Shown: piece by piece, positions 26,501-38,903 of the stretch | How positions within the stretch are numbered: position 1 is the stretch's first letter | Layout: each line of letters begins with the position of its first letter | Assembly (NCBI GenBank): GCA_964016885.1 | Contig: OZ024762.1 | Location: 992,001 to 1,056,000, forward strand | Length of the DNA stretch: 64,000 nucleotides | Reading direction: 5' to 3' | From: Eledone cirrhosa | Lineage: Eukaryota | Notes under the pieces: model-generated | Seen by the model: the letters and a program-made list of their open reading frames with translations, nothing else | Databases searched by the model: none | Told to the model about the DNA's origin: nothing | Program-made: the position numbers and the translations under genes

Positions 26501-29322
26501 TGTGAAATGTGGCCCACATAATTATATATAGGGATATCACTATATTGCGAAATGTGGGCAAGAGAATTATATAGAGGGATGACACTCTATCGTGAAATGT
26601 GGCCAACATAATTATATATAGGGATATCACTGTATTGTGAAATGTGGCCAAGAGAATTGACAAAGGAACTCGATAAGTGGAGAGAGATGCTGGCCAGAGA
26701 AAGACCTGTCCAACCCATGCAAGCTTGGAAAAGCATACGTTAAAATGATGACGATGATAATGATAGAAAAACAATGATGTTGATGAATTATGAAATATAG
26801 GCAATTATGAATTCAAGAGATTTACAGTTCTGCGAAGGAATGACGGTGTCTGAGCACACTTACCAGATGCACAAGAAAGTAATTCAACATCTCGGATATC
26901 CTGGTCACCATTGAAGCATGCGTAAAGATGGATTTAATGTCCCTGGTCAACAATTCTATGGCCCGGATGGTAGAATTTGCCATTATGTTATGGTATCTGG
27001 CCAACATACTTATTTGACGGAGGTTTGACATCTGTTCTTGACGCTGGTCAGTCGGTAACTCTGCCCACATGCCAGCTTCTTTTTCCTGTTCTTTCTCTTT
27101 AATCTGCATCATATACTGTCAATAGATTCGTAATACAATGTTAAACACTGTCTCTCTCTATATATATATATATATATTTATTAAAATAACAGATTAAAGT
27201 TTAAGCAAGGAATCGCTTTCACCCTTAATGGGATCTTCTAAAGATCCCGTTAAGGGTGAAAGCAGCGATTCTTTGCTTAAACTTTAATCTGTTATTTTAA
27301 TAAATATTTGCTCTACGGTTCTTATATATTTATCCTTATCGAGCCCTCTTTGGATTTTAGTCTTCACATTTATTATTATTACTATATATATATATATATA
27401 CATGTGGTGGTGTGTTATATATTGTCAACAGATTAGTAATATAATGTTAAACACTGTCTATATATATATATATATGAAAAGCAGACGTAAAATGATGATG
27501 ATATATATTGGGTCGTCAAGTATGAAATTTGTAGAAAAAAACATGACCATATGCATCACTACAAATTTCATACTTGACAACCCAATATATATATATATAT
27601 ATGGTGCTGTGTGATATACTATCAATAGATTGGTCATATACAGTCAACCACTGATTATGTCAATATATAGTTAATCAGAGAAGACCAGTTAGCACCCAGT
27701 CCACTCTGTAAAGTGGTAGTGATGGTGCCACTATAAAATATACCTAACACACTCTACAAAGGGAAAGTGCTAGTTCAACTACAGAATACACCCAGTCCAC
27801 TCTGTAAAATGGTACTACTGGTGCCACTATAGAATACACCCAGTCCACTCTGTAAAGCTGTACATGTTACAGACATCAGAACAATGATGACTTGTGTCGT
27901 TGAGAAAGAAATTCTAAGGTTACTCACTGATAAAGCTTCGTCAAGGAGGAAAATAGCATCGTTGATGAGGAGGTTGATAAAACGGAGAAAGAGGGGAGCA
28001 TTCGGTGCCTCGATGTTCGTCTCTGCGTAGGAAACCAATTCCTAAAATAGATCAGTTAGAAAGAACTTCAGGATGGTTATAGACTGGGGTGTGAAGGGTT
28101 GGTAGGGGTAAGGGTGGGTTAATAGGGGATAGAGAAGGGATAGTGAGTGGAAGAGAGAGAGAGAGAGAGAGAGAGATAACAGATATACTGAGAGACAACC
28201 ACAAAGGAAATAAGCCAATCATCAGATCAGACCAAGGAAACAATGCTTCCATTGGTCTTTCCATTACTGATACAATCTATCAGTTATAATTCCTGGCAGA
28301 GAGAGAGATTAAGTCTAAAGTCTGTCTTAAGTCATTTAAGGCTCATCAGGTCGGTGTTTATCCTGGTTTTATGCCATGAAGTGACTGCGAGTATAAAACT
28401 TCCTCCTAGACAGAATGCCAGTCCATCGCAGGGTTAAACCCCCAGATATTACTGGTACTCATTTTCAACTGAGTATACTGGAGCAATGTAAAACAAAATA
28501 TTTTGCACAAGAACACAACATACCAGTCCAGTCCAGGAATCGAACCCACAACCTTATAATTGTGAGTCCAACACCCTAACCAGTAGACAGACCACGTGCT
28601 TTCATTAAAGGACTAAGAAGATGATGGAAAACAAAAGAAAAGTGTAAAAATACAAACAAACAAAAAACCTTAAGAGCATCTCTGTGGAGAGGAATTTCCC
28701 AGATGTACTCTAACACAGCATACATAGGTCGGCGATAATTAAATTTCTGCTCAAATGCCACACTTTGTCCTGTCATTTCAATACTGACGAAAACATGAAG
28801 TAATTTCTCAGCGATGTGTTTGGCAAGTGGGTGAGTATGGAATACCTTTCCTTCGTAAAACCTGAAAGACATATATGTATATATATATTATATATAAACA
28901 CTCCAAGAGATGCCGAAATGAACAAACCTGCTTTTTTTTCTCGAAGAAATTTTTATTTTTCCTTTCTACCCCTTCTCACTCTCCTCTTTCTTTCTATTTC
29001 TTCTTTAATTTCACATTTTATTTTCAAATTATATAGATTCAGGTAAGTATAAGTAAAAAAGCTGACATACTTACAAGTTAAGGCCAATTATATTGGTATG
29101 TCTCTGTTCAGAGGGTGGAATGAGGGACGACAATGTTTCTGCTAGAGAAGCTCGGAGATGGGGGTTACTCATCCGTTCAGGGCTTCCCATAAACACAAGA
29201 ATTACAGTCATCAAGTGTTCTAAACTATCACCAGCTGACTGAAAATACACAAATATATATCATCATCATCATTTCATTTTACGTCCGCTTTTTCCCTATC
29301 ATATATACATATATATATATAT

Positions 29323-29393
<71 letters not shown>

Positions 29394-32300
29394 CATATAC
29401 ATATATATATATATATTAGTTGATGAAAGTTGGATGATCAAACCAGAGTGAAATATCAATAGATAGGTAAATACATCTTACACTAGATGATGATGATGAT
29501 GAATTATATGTAACATTCTTCATGAATTTATAGCGTCAGAGACAAACCCAACAACAGCATTTTATCCGATGCTCCACTAATTCTCTGCCAAACCATCCCA
29601 CCCCACCCCCATTACCAACGTAAACGACAAACAAACAACAAACGACAGAAGGTAGACTCACCTGATACGTTTCAGGTTTATAATGCGTAACAAACTGGGT
29701 GAAAGCGGTTAAATTGTCCATAGTAACTTCCGGAATTGCGGCCAAAATTGTCGGAGGATTATTGGAGAGAGGGAATTGGATGGTGTTCATTTGATCGTCT
29801 TTACCAAAGACAGCAATCTGAGAGAGCCACACTGCTGTTGTGATGTGGAAGTGGAGACACATGTCAAGGAATTGCGGCTCAGTTAAAGCTGCTTTCAAAC
29901 TCAGGAAGATTGTTACACCTGTAAATGATATGACATAGTATTTCTTTAACACCTGTAGAGATTTGTTTAGTTTCTTTATACCTGTATCATACACCACCAC
30001 CACCACTATACCACACCACCACCACCACTATACCACTACACTACCACTACCACTATACCACATCACCATCACCACCACTACACTACCACCACCACTATAC
30101 CACACCGCCACCACTACACCACCACACTACCACACCATCACCACTATACCACACCACCACCACTACACCACCACACTACCACCATCACCACTATACCACA
30201 CCACCACCACTACACCACCACACTACCACACCACCACCATCACCACTACACCACCGCCACTACACCACCACAACAACAACAACAACAACAGTAGTAGCAA
30301 CCTCAACACTTACCAATCTCCATCTGTTGTTTGATACTTCTAGCAGGTTCCCTATCTTCGGGCACCATGTCCCGTGTCTCGGCGTAGAGCCGCTGGATAC
30401 GATGAAGGTCCTGGCTGAGACGTACAAACTTGTCGTTGAGGACTTGAAAGCCCAACATCAGACAAACGTGCGTCAAATAGAAACACTCCGTGATGAAGTT
30501 GTACGACTGGTCGTTGGGTGATAACAGCTCCTCTGCCGCGTGTTCAGGCTTTGAAATTAAGCAGGTTAGCTTCATTAAATCTGAGCAAGAGAAATGGAGA
30601 GGAATTATTTCAAATAAAGGTTTAAAATACACCCAGTACACCCTGTAAAGTGGTTGGTGAAAGGAAAGGCATCTAGCTGTAGAAAGCTTGCCAAACTGAG
30701 AGTTAACAGGATTCTTCAGCTGTGTGATGGACATGACAATCTCCCTAGTTTTGGTGATCTACGTGATAAAATATACCCAGTACACCCTGTAAAGTGGCTG
30801 GTGGTAAGAAGGGCATCTTGCCGTAGAAACCAAGAAGATTTCAGTTGTGTCAAGGACATGACAACCTCAGTGTTGGTGATCTACACAGTAGTTGCTGTGA
30901 AGTGGTTGGTGATAGGAATGGCAGTGAGTCACAGAAAGCCAGCCAAACTTAGTGTTGACAGGTCTCTTCAGTTGTGTCAAAGAAATGACAACCTCATAAG
31001 TGTTGATGATCTACACAATAAACACCCAGTATACCCTGTAAAGTGGTTGGTGAAAGGAAGGGTGTCTAGCTGTAGAAAGCTTGCTAAACAATGAGTCAAC
31101 AGGACACTTCAGTTCTGTCAAAGACATGACAACTGCTCTAGTGCAAGTGACATGATATAATACACGCAGTACACCCTGGGAAGTGGTTGGTGTTAAGAGC
31201 AGCATCTAGCCGTAGGAACCTCGCCAAACAGGGTCAGGAAAACTCTTCAGTTCTGACAAAGACATGACAACTGCCCTAGTGTTGGTGACATGATAAACGA
31301 TCACCCTGTACACTGTGAAGTGGTTGGTGATAGGAAGGGTATCTAGCCATAGAAACCTTACAAGGGGTTGGGAGGACCCTTAGTTGTGTCAGGGACATGA
31401 CAACCTCCCTAGTGTTGCTGATCTACACAATAAAATGCGTCCAGTACACTCTGTGATGTGGTTGATGTTAGGAAGGGCATTGAGCCATAGGAAGCCAGCC
31501 AAACAAAGGGTGTGAGAGGGCCTTTCAGTTCTGTCAAAGACCTGCCACCCTCCCTAGTGTTGGTACCACCATAACAGACACTCGGTAAGATGTATGACAG
31601 TGGTGATGGTGATGGTAGTGATGGTGATAATGGTGGTGGTGATGGTAATGATGTTGGTGGTGATGATGATGGTGGTGGTAGTGGTGGTGGTGATGGTGAT
31701 GATGAGGGTAGTGGTATGTGACGATGGTAATGGTGATGATGATGATAAGTAGCGCCAAAGAAGATGATTTGGTCCTCACCTTTAGCATGGATTCCTCGTA
31801 GTTTAGCGTCCTGATCGTTAATTGCGACTGCATTTGTGTAAATAGGATCGATCTTGAAGATTTTCGGAGAAATCGTTTGACAGAATGGCTGACAGAGTTT
31901 TAACATCACATAGCAGAGATTGAGGAAGAATCGGTCAGAGCAATAGTCGCTATCAAACGTGTGCGCACCTTGGTTCGTCCAAATTCTAGCTCGGCCTGTA
32001 AAATAAGATAATTTGATGAAATAATAGATAAAAAAATAGAGATAAAGATATCATTGACATCTTTCCTTCTTAGCCCACTGATTCCTCAGAGGATCAGAGT
32101 CCTTAACCCTTTAGCATTTACTTGGAAAAATGGATGTAAAACGATGATGATGATGATACTGTTGTATTTTCGCAGTAAAGGCTTTATCTCACATAATATC
32201 AAATCTATGAGATTTTAATGTTATTTATTTTGAGAACAATACCTTAACAACAGTATGAGTGGCCAGTTACAGCCGGTTTGAACTGAAAGAGGTGAGAGAA

Positions 32301-35300
32301 TTCTGGCCAGATTACAGCCAGTTTAAATGCTAAAGGGTTAACCTCATCTCTTCTTCTTTGCCCACTTATTCCAGGCGGGGGGGGGGGGGGGGGTCATGGG
32401 AGCAGATTCCTCAAACTCCTTCCAGCGGTTCCTTTGAAACCATTAACATATCTACAATTTAATGTTCCTCTCATCTAACTAGATTTATTTCCCTATAACT
32501 TTTAAAATTATGATTTCAACTTGAAGCAGAGTAATTTGTGAGGAGACAGAGTCTCTTATATTAACCCAATACTTAGCTGTGAAAATTTACAGTATTACAG
32601 TAAAGACTTTAATATTTAATGTGATGTAGTCATAGTGTTGTTTTGTACTAAATGTTTATAGTATCTTTACTAGTAGACAGATTGTTGTGAAAATTTACAG
32701 TATTACAGTAAAGACTTTAATATTTAATGTGATGTAGTCATAGTGTTGTTTTGTACTAAATGTTTATAGTATCTTTACTAGTAGACAGATTGTTGTGAAA
32801 ATTTACAGTATTACAGTAAAGACTTTAATATTTAATGTGATGTAATCGTAGTGTTGTTTTATACTAAATGTTTATAGTATCTTTACTAGTAGACAGATTG
32901 TTGTGAAAGTTTACAGTATTACAGTAAAGACTTTAATATTTAATCTGATGTAGTCATAGTGTTGTTTTGTACTTTTCAATAATGACTTATTAACGTGGTT
33001 TCAAGTGGTAGAGGATGTTAAGATTTAACGGACCCTCATCCTTACAACATTCAATTATATGCAGTCAACTGAAGTAAAAATATAAATTCATTAAACACAT
33101 AGAGTAGCGTACCTTCGTTAGCGTGTAGGCAGTTAGCGAGCCATTTGAGGACCAGATGCCGTGTCTCGTGTGAAACTCTAATAAGTCCATGGAACAATTG
33201 ATGGACTTTATCACCAAGGCTTGACAGTGACTGAAAATACAAATAACATTATATTACACCCAGTACACTCTGTAAATTAGTAATGCTGGTGCCATGATAA
33301 AATACACCTAGTATACTCTATAAAGTCTACTGGTGTCAGAATAAAATGATCCCAGTACACTCTGTAAATTGGTAGTACTAGTGTCATAATAAAATGCACC
33401 CAGTAAACTCTATAAAGGGACAGTGCTGATGTCATAATAAAATGCACCTAGTAGACTCTTATAAAGTGGCAGTGCTTGAACTATGATAAAAAACACCTGG
33501 TGCACTCTGTAAAGTGGTAGTGCTAATGTCTTTTATCATAACCTCAAATCAATCCAAGCTTTGTGAGTGAAATTTGGTCAATTTGAAATTTGTTTCTGTA
33601 TATCAATGAAATCCCTTCTATTTCAACTAACAAAGTATTTTGGAGGATTTACTAAAATTATAAATTATTTTATTACTAAGATAGTAACTCGATATATGCT
33701 ACTTATATAAAAGTATTTTGGAATATTCAAATTTAAACAAGAACCCTTGAAAATAGGTAACTTTGTTTGATAGTATCAGAGCTGATTTTGAACAGGTTAG
33801 TATCAAAAATGTTAAATAGGACCCCCTTAAAATGGGCAGTTTTGGGAAGGTTAGTATCAAAAATGTTAAATAGGACCCCCTTAAAATGGGCAGTTTTGGG
33901 AAGATTGGTATCAAAAGGTTTAAATAGGACCCCCTTAAAAATGGGCAGTTTTATTTCATAGAACCAGAACTGGTTTGGGTGGGGTTGGTAAGAAAAGGTT
34001 TAAAACACCTGAGAAACCCTTCTATGAGATGCGAGGAGCTGGTATGAGGCCAGGTCAACCTACACAGTATGGGCTATAACAACACCAACAACAAGATCTA
34101 GAGTTAATTAGAGGCTTTGTTGTTGTTACAGCTCACACCTATGCAGGTTTAGCTGACCTCCTCCAAGGTATATCTCGTTGGAGGTGTCTTGGGTAATTTA
34201 ATGATAGGGACCCCCAGTCCTATCATCTCCTTTCTACAGCTGAGTAAACTGGAGCAACGTGAAATAAAGTGTCTTGCTCAAGGAAACAACACATCACTCG
34301 GTCTGAGAATTGAACTCACAACCTTTCGATTGCAAGCCCAATGTTCTAACCACTAAGCCATGCGACTTCACAATTAGAAGTTTTACCTTCCATATGTTAG
34401 GGTTAGCTCAACCTACACAGGTATGGGCTATAACAACAAGATATAGAGTTAATTAGAAGTTTTACCTTCCATATGTTAGCTTCAGTAATGTCGTGCTCAT
34501 TTCTAGTTCCAGATGATGGATTGTTAAAGAATTCGTAAGGTCCAATATCAGACATAGGGATACAGCTGAATGACAATGTACAACCAAGCAATGTCTTTTC
34601 AAAGGATTTTGCTACATTCAACTGCCGCGGTGTGCTGTGCTCGAGGAAAGCCTGCAAATATAAATCAACATTGTCATTATCAAAGTTACCATTGTGAATA
34701 TCAACATCTTTCTCTACATACACTAGTGTCTGCTTTACAACATTTCTTCATTAATTAACTAAAGTAGAGTGTTAAATGAAAAAATAATGTTATCTCTGAT
34801 CGAGACGAAGTGAGAGGGTATTTGAAAATGAGAAAACTCATCGCTAGAACAGCTAAGTGCTGTCAAAGACAGTGATACATGAGAGGACAGAGACCAGCAG
34901 CCAGTCGTCAACTGAGAGACAATAGACAAGGTGGGTGGCAGGCAGATGATATATAATACCTCAGAGGATAGAGACCAGTGGTCAACAGAGGGACAATCCA
35001 CAAGGTAGGTGGCAGGCAGATGAAATATAGAAAAGATTGAAAGAGGGGGAGGACAAAGAGTGTGTTGGTACGTAGAAGTGAAAGAAGACTTATACACATC
35101 TTCACCATCATCAGTTCTCAAACCAACAAATGGTTTTGCACGATTAAAAATTTTTTTTTTTTTACAATTTCAAAAGATAAAGAAAGATAGAATAAAATAT
35201 AAGTACTAACCAGTGCAAGAGGTTCTGACCGGTGGAAAAAGGTGAGGAGATCTAGGTACTCAAAGAGAGCTACATGCATCAGGTTGAGTTCCTTTGCCAT

Positions 35301-38300
35301 TTGTAGATAAATGACGTCGAGTATTGGTTCAAATGCTTCCTTGACAGATCCGTCTTCCTCAAATTTATGTATTTCATCGGCAACTCTTGTAAAGAAATCC
35401 AGCATCACCATACAATTGTCCCCTAGATGATGATGATGATGATAATAATAATTGTTTCTACTTTAAGTCACAAGGACAGCAATTTTTGGGGGGTAGGGAA
35501 AAGTCGATTAAAAACATCAGTAATACCCTGGTGCTATATTTTATCAACCCTGTAAGGATGAAAGGTAAAGGGCCGTAACTCTATGCTGCAAAGCATGTTG
35601 TCCGACGCTCTACCGATTACTGCTAACCCACAACCCTTAATAATAGTATTAATGATTTCTAGTATAGGCCAGCAATTTGGGGGGAGGGGAAAGTCAATTA
35701 AATGAAGTACCAATTAAAATAAAGTACCAGTGCATTACTGGTACTTTATTTTAACCCTGTAAAGATGAAAGTCAAATTTAACCTCGACAGGATTTGGACT
35801 CGGAATGTAAAGGGCCGTAACTCTATGCCACAAAGCATGTTGTCCTACGCTCTACCAAATACTACCAACCCACCACCCTTAACAACAATAATAATGATGA
35901 TAATGAACAAGAAGTGAGTTAAGCTGTTTGGTGACAATCAAAATATGATTGTTCATCTCACAGACACCCTACCGAGTGCATTTTATCATGGCACCAGCAT
36001 TAGAGAGGTTGTCATGTCTGTGACACAACTGAAGAGTCCTTTCAACCCTTTAGCATTTAAACCAGCCATATCTGGCCAGAATTCTCTCACCTCTTTCTGT
36101 TCAAAGCAGCTGTGACCAGCTGCTCATACTGATGTTAAGGTATTGTTCTCAAAATAAATATCTAAATCTCATAGATTTGATATTGTGTGAGGTATTATGT
36201 GGGGTAAAGTGTTTACCATGAAAATACAATAGTATATATAGAGTAATGTAAATGTTATGTGAGGTAAAGCCTTCACTGTGAAAATACAATAGTATATATA
36301 GAGTAATGTAAATAGTAAAGGGTTAAATATATCTTGCTACTGCTGCTTCATGTGGTTCAGGACTTCAAGAGTTAAGTGTATGTCTGTAATACTGTATGTA
36401 ATATTATTTACCTAAGACAGTCTTGTAATTGCTGAAGAATATTTCAATAAACTGGTTTGGTAAGGTTTCCTCAACGACAAGATCTGGCTGCTGGAAACAC
36501 AGCTTGGCATTTGTTAAGATCACATTTTGACATTCTGCTATACATTCAGAAAAACTGGTACCCTGTAAGAAGAATATTATAAACGTAATAATAATTTCCT
36601 CCTCCATAACTGAAGACAAGCACGAATACATCTTACTATCTCTCTCTCTTAACATATTACCAAATTTGATCATAACACAGTCCCCGATAAATGAATATTT
36701 TGTACTATATTAATAATGAAGTAATTAATAATTTTAGTAAATCACTCAAAATTCTTAATTAATTAATTAATTGAAATATCCTCATCATCATCGTTTAACA
36801 TCCGTCTTCCACGCTAGCATGGGTTAGACGGGTTTGTCCCATTTAGAGGCAAGTTGAGTCGGGTGACCGTGTCTCACTAATATAGGAGAGTTTCTGGCTG
36901 GATGCCCTTCCTAACACCAAAATAGAGCATATTTCATAAGAAATACAACCAGGAAAGGGTTAATGATAAACTGAAGGTGGGACAGCAATGACTGATATAA
37001 TGGGTGGTAAAAAACAAAACTAACCGAATTCTGTGACTTACTTGATACTTCACTGAGAGATGCTGGGCTCGAAGGAAGCTGTCAAACAGATAGTGTAATG
37101 ACTTCCTCTCACTTGCATTTTTTAAATCTTGGCCCAACTGTTGTCCATTCTTTGAAGTCTTGCTGCCATATAATATATCTTCTGCAGGGTTTTCTAGCAC
37201 CAAACGTTCAAAGACAACCTTGAAAAATGGAAGACAGATTATTATATAGTACAGTGTCTGGTGTATAATATAGTGCAGTAACTGGTGTATAATATAGTGC
37301 AGTAACTGGTGTATAATATAGTGAAGTAACCGGTGTATAACATAGTGAAGTAGCTGGTGTATTTGTGTTTGTATATAGGGTGTAATAGAGAGAGGAAAAA
37401 TAAATAGACCACACCACAATACAACACAACATCACACCACAACAAACCACAGCACAGCACATCACACCACACCACAACAACCACACACCATACACATCAC
37501 AAAATCTATGTAATATGAAGAAAGGTCCAAACCTGATTAAGACATTCAAGGTCCAACCATGTCTGTGATTTTCCAATGTCCTTCATGAAAACCTTTGGAC
37601 ATGAATAAATGTCATCGTCTGAAAGACCTGTAAATGAGAGAGGGAAGAAGATATTACAGGACACCTAGAAAGTTCCCCTCCGAGGTACAAGTCTGGGCAA
37701 GTTTATCTGTGGAAGACCAGCAGTCACCCATGCATACCAGTCTCTCCTCTCCACGTCACTGATGTTGTCCAAGAGAAAGGCAATGGCTGATACAGCTTGG
37801 TACCAGTGACATCACAACATATATATACACTATGTACAGTATATATTATATACAATATGTACAGTATATATTATACACTATATATGATGTTGTCCAAGGG
37901 AAAGGCAGAGGCCAATACAGCTTGGCATCAGTGATGTCACAACTCATTTCTACAGCTGAGTGAACTGGAGCAACATGAAATAAAAATAAGCAGAGGTGAT
38001 CTAAAATTTACCTGGATCCAAGGTAACTAGAAATATGTCTTCAATAATGCAGCTGATTTTAAATCTTTCAGACCCCTCAGACATTCCATCTTCTGTTTGG
38101 GGTTTCTCAGGGTCACTGACTTCAGTTTCTGAGGATTGCTTACTATATTGTTGTGCTTGGGAACTGGAACTAAAAAGGGCAGCAAACGGATTGCTGGAAA
38201 TATCCTCGTTACTCATCTCAGTTTTGGCATTATCCAGTTTCTGAAGGTTACAGTTAGATAACAAGACAAACTTTAGTGGTTACAAAACATCATGGAATTA

Positions 38301-38847
38301 CGAACAAACTTTACATTCTATATATTCAAATATTAACCCTTTAGCAGTTAAACCGACCATATCCGGCCAGAATTATCTCACCTCTTTCCGTTCAAACTAG
38401 CCATAACTGGCCCCTCATACATGTGAATTAGATATATATTAATGTAGTACACATGTGGACATGTAAGTTGTGTGGTCATGGAGGATGTAAATTAGAGATA
38501 TATTAGTGCAGTACACATGTGGACATGGAGGATGTATATTAGCTATTTATTAATGTAGTACACGTGGCCATGTAGTACATGTGTGTGTATGTGGACATTG
38601 TATGACTACATTAACGATATAGTTGATGTGATGTGGACATTGAGAAATAAAATGAAGTATATATACTTATATATATATATGTGTGTGGACATTGTACAAA
38701 TAAATAATTGTTTCTACTTTAGGCACAAGGCCAGCAATTACCCAGTGCATTACTGGTACTTTATTTTATCGACCCCGTAAGGATGAAAGGCAAAGTCACC
38801 CTCGGCGGGATTTGAACTCATTTGTACAAATAAATAATAAAGTGTGT

Positions 38848-38903
<56 letters not shown>

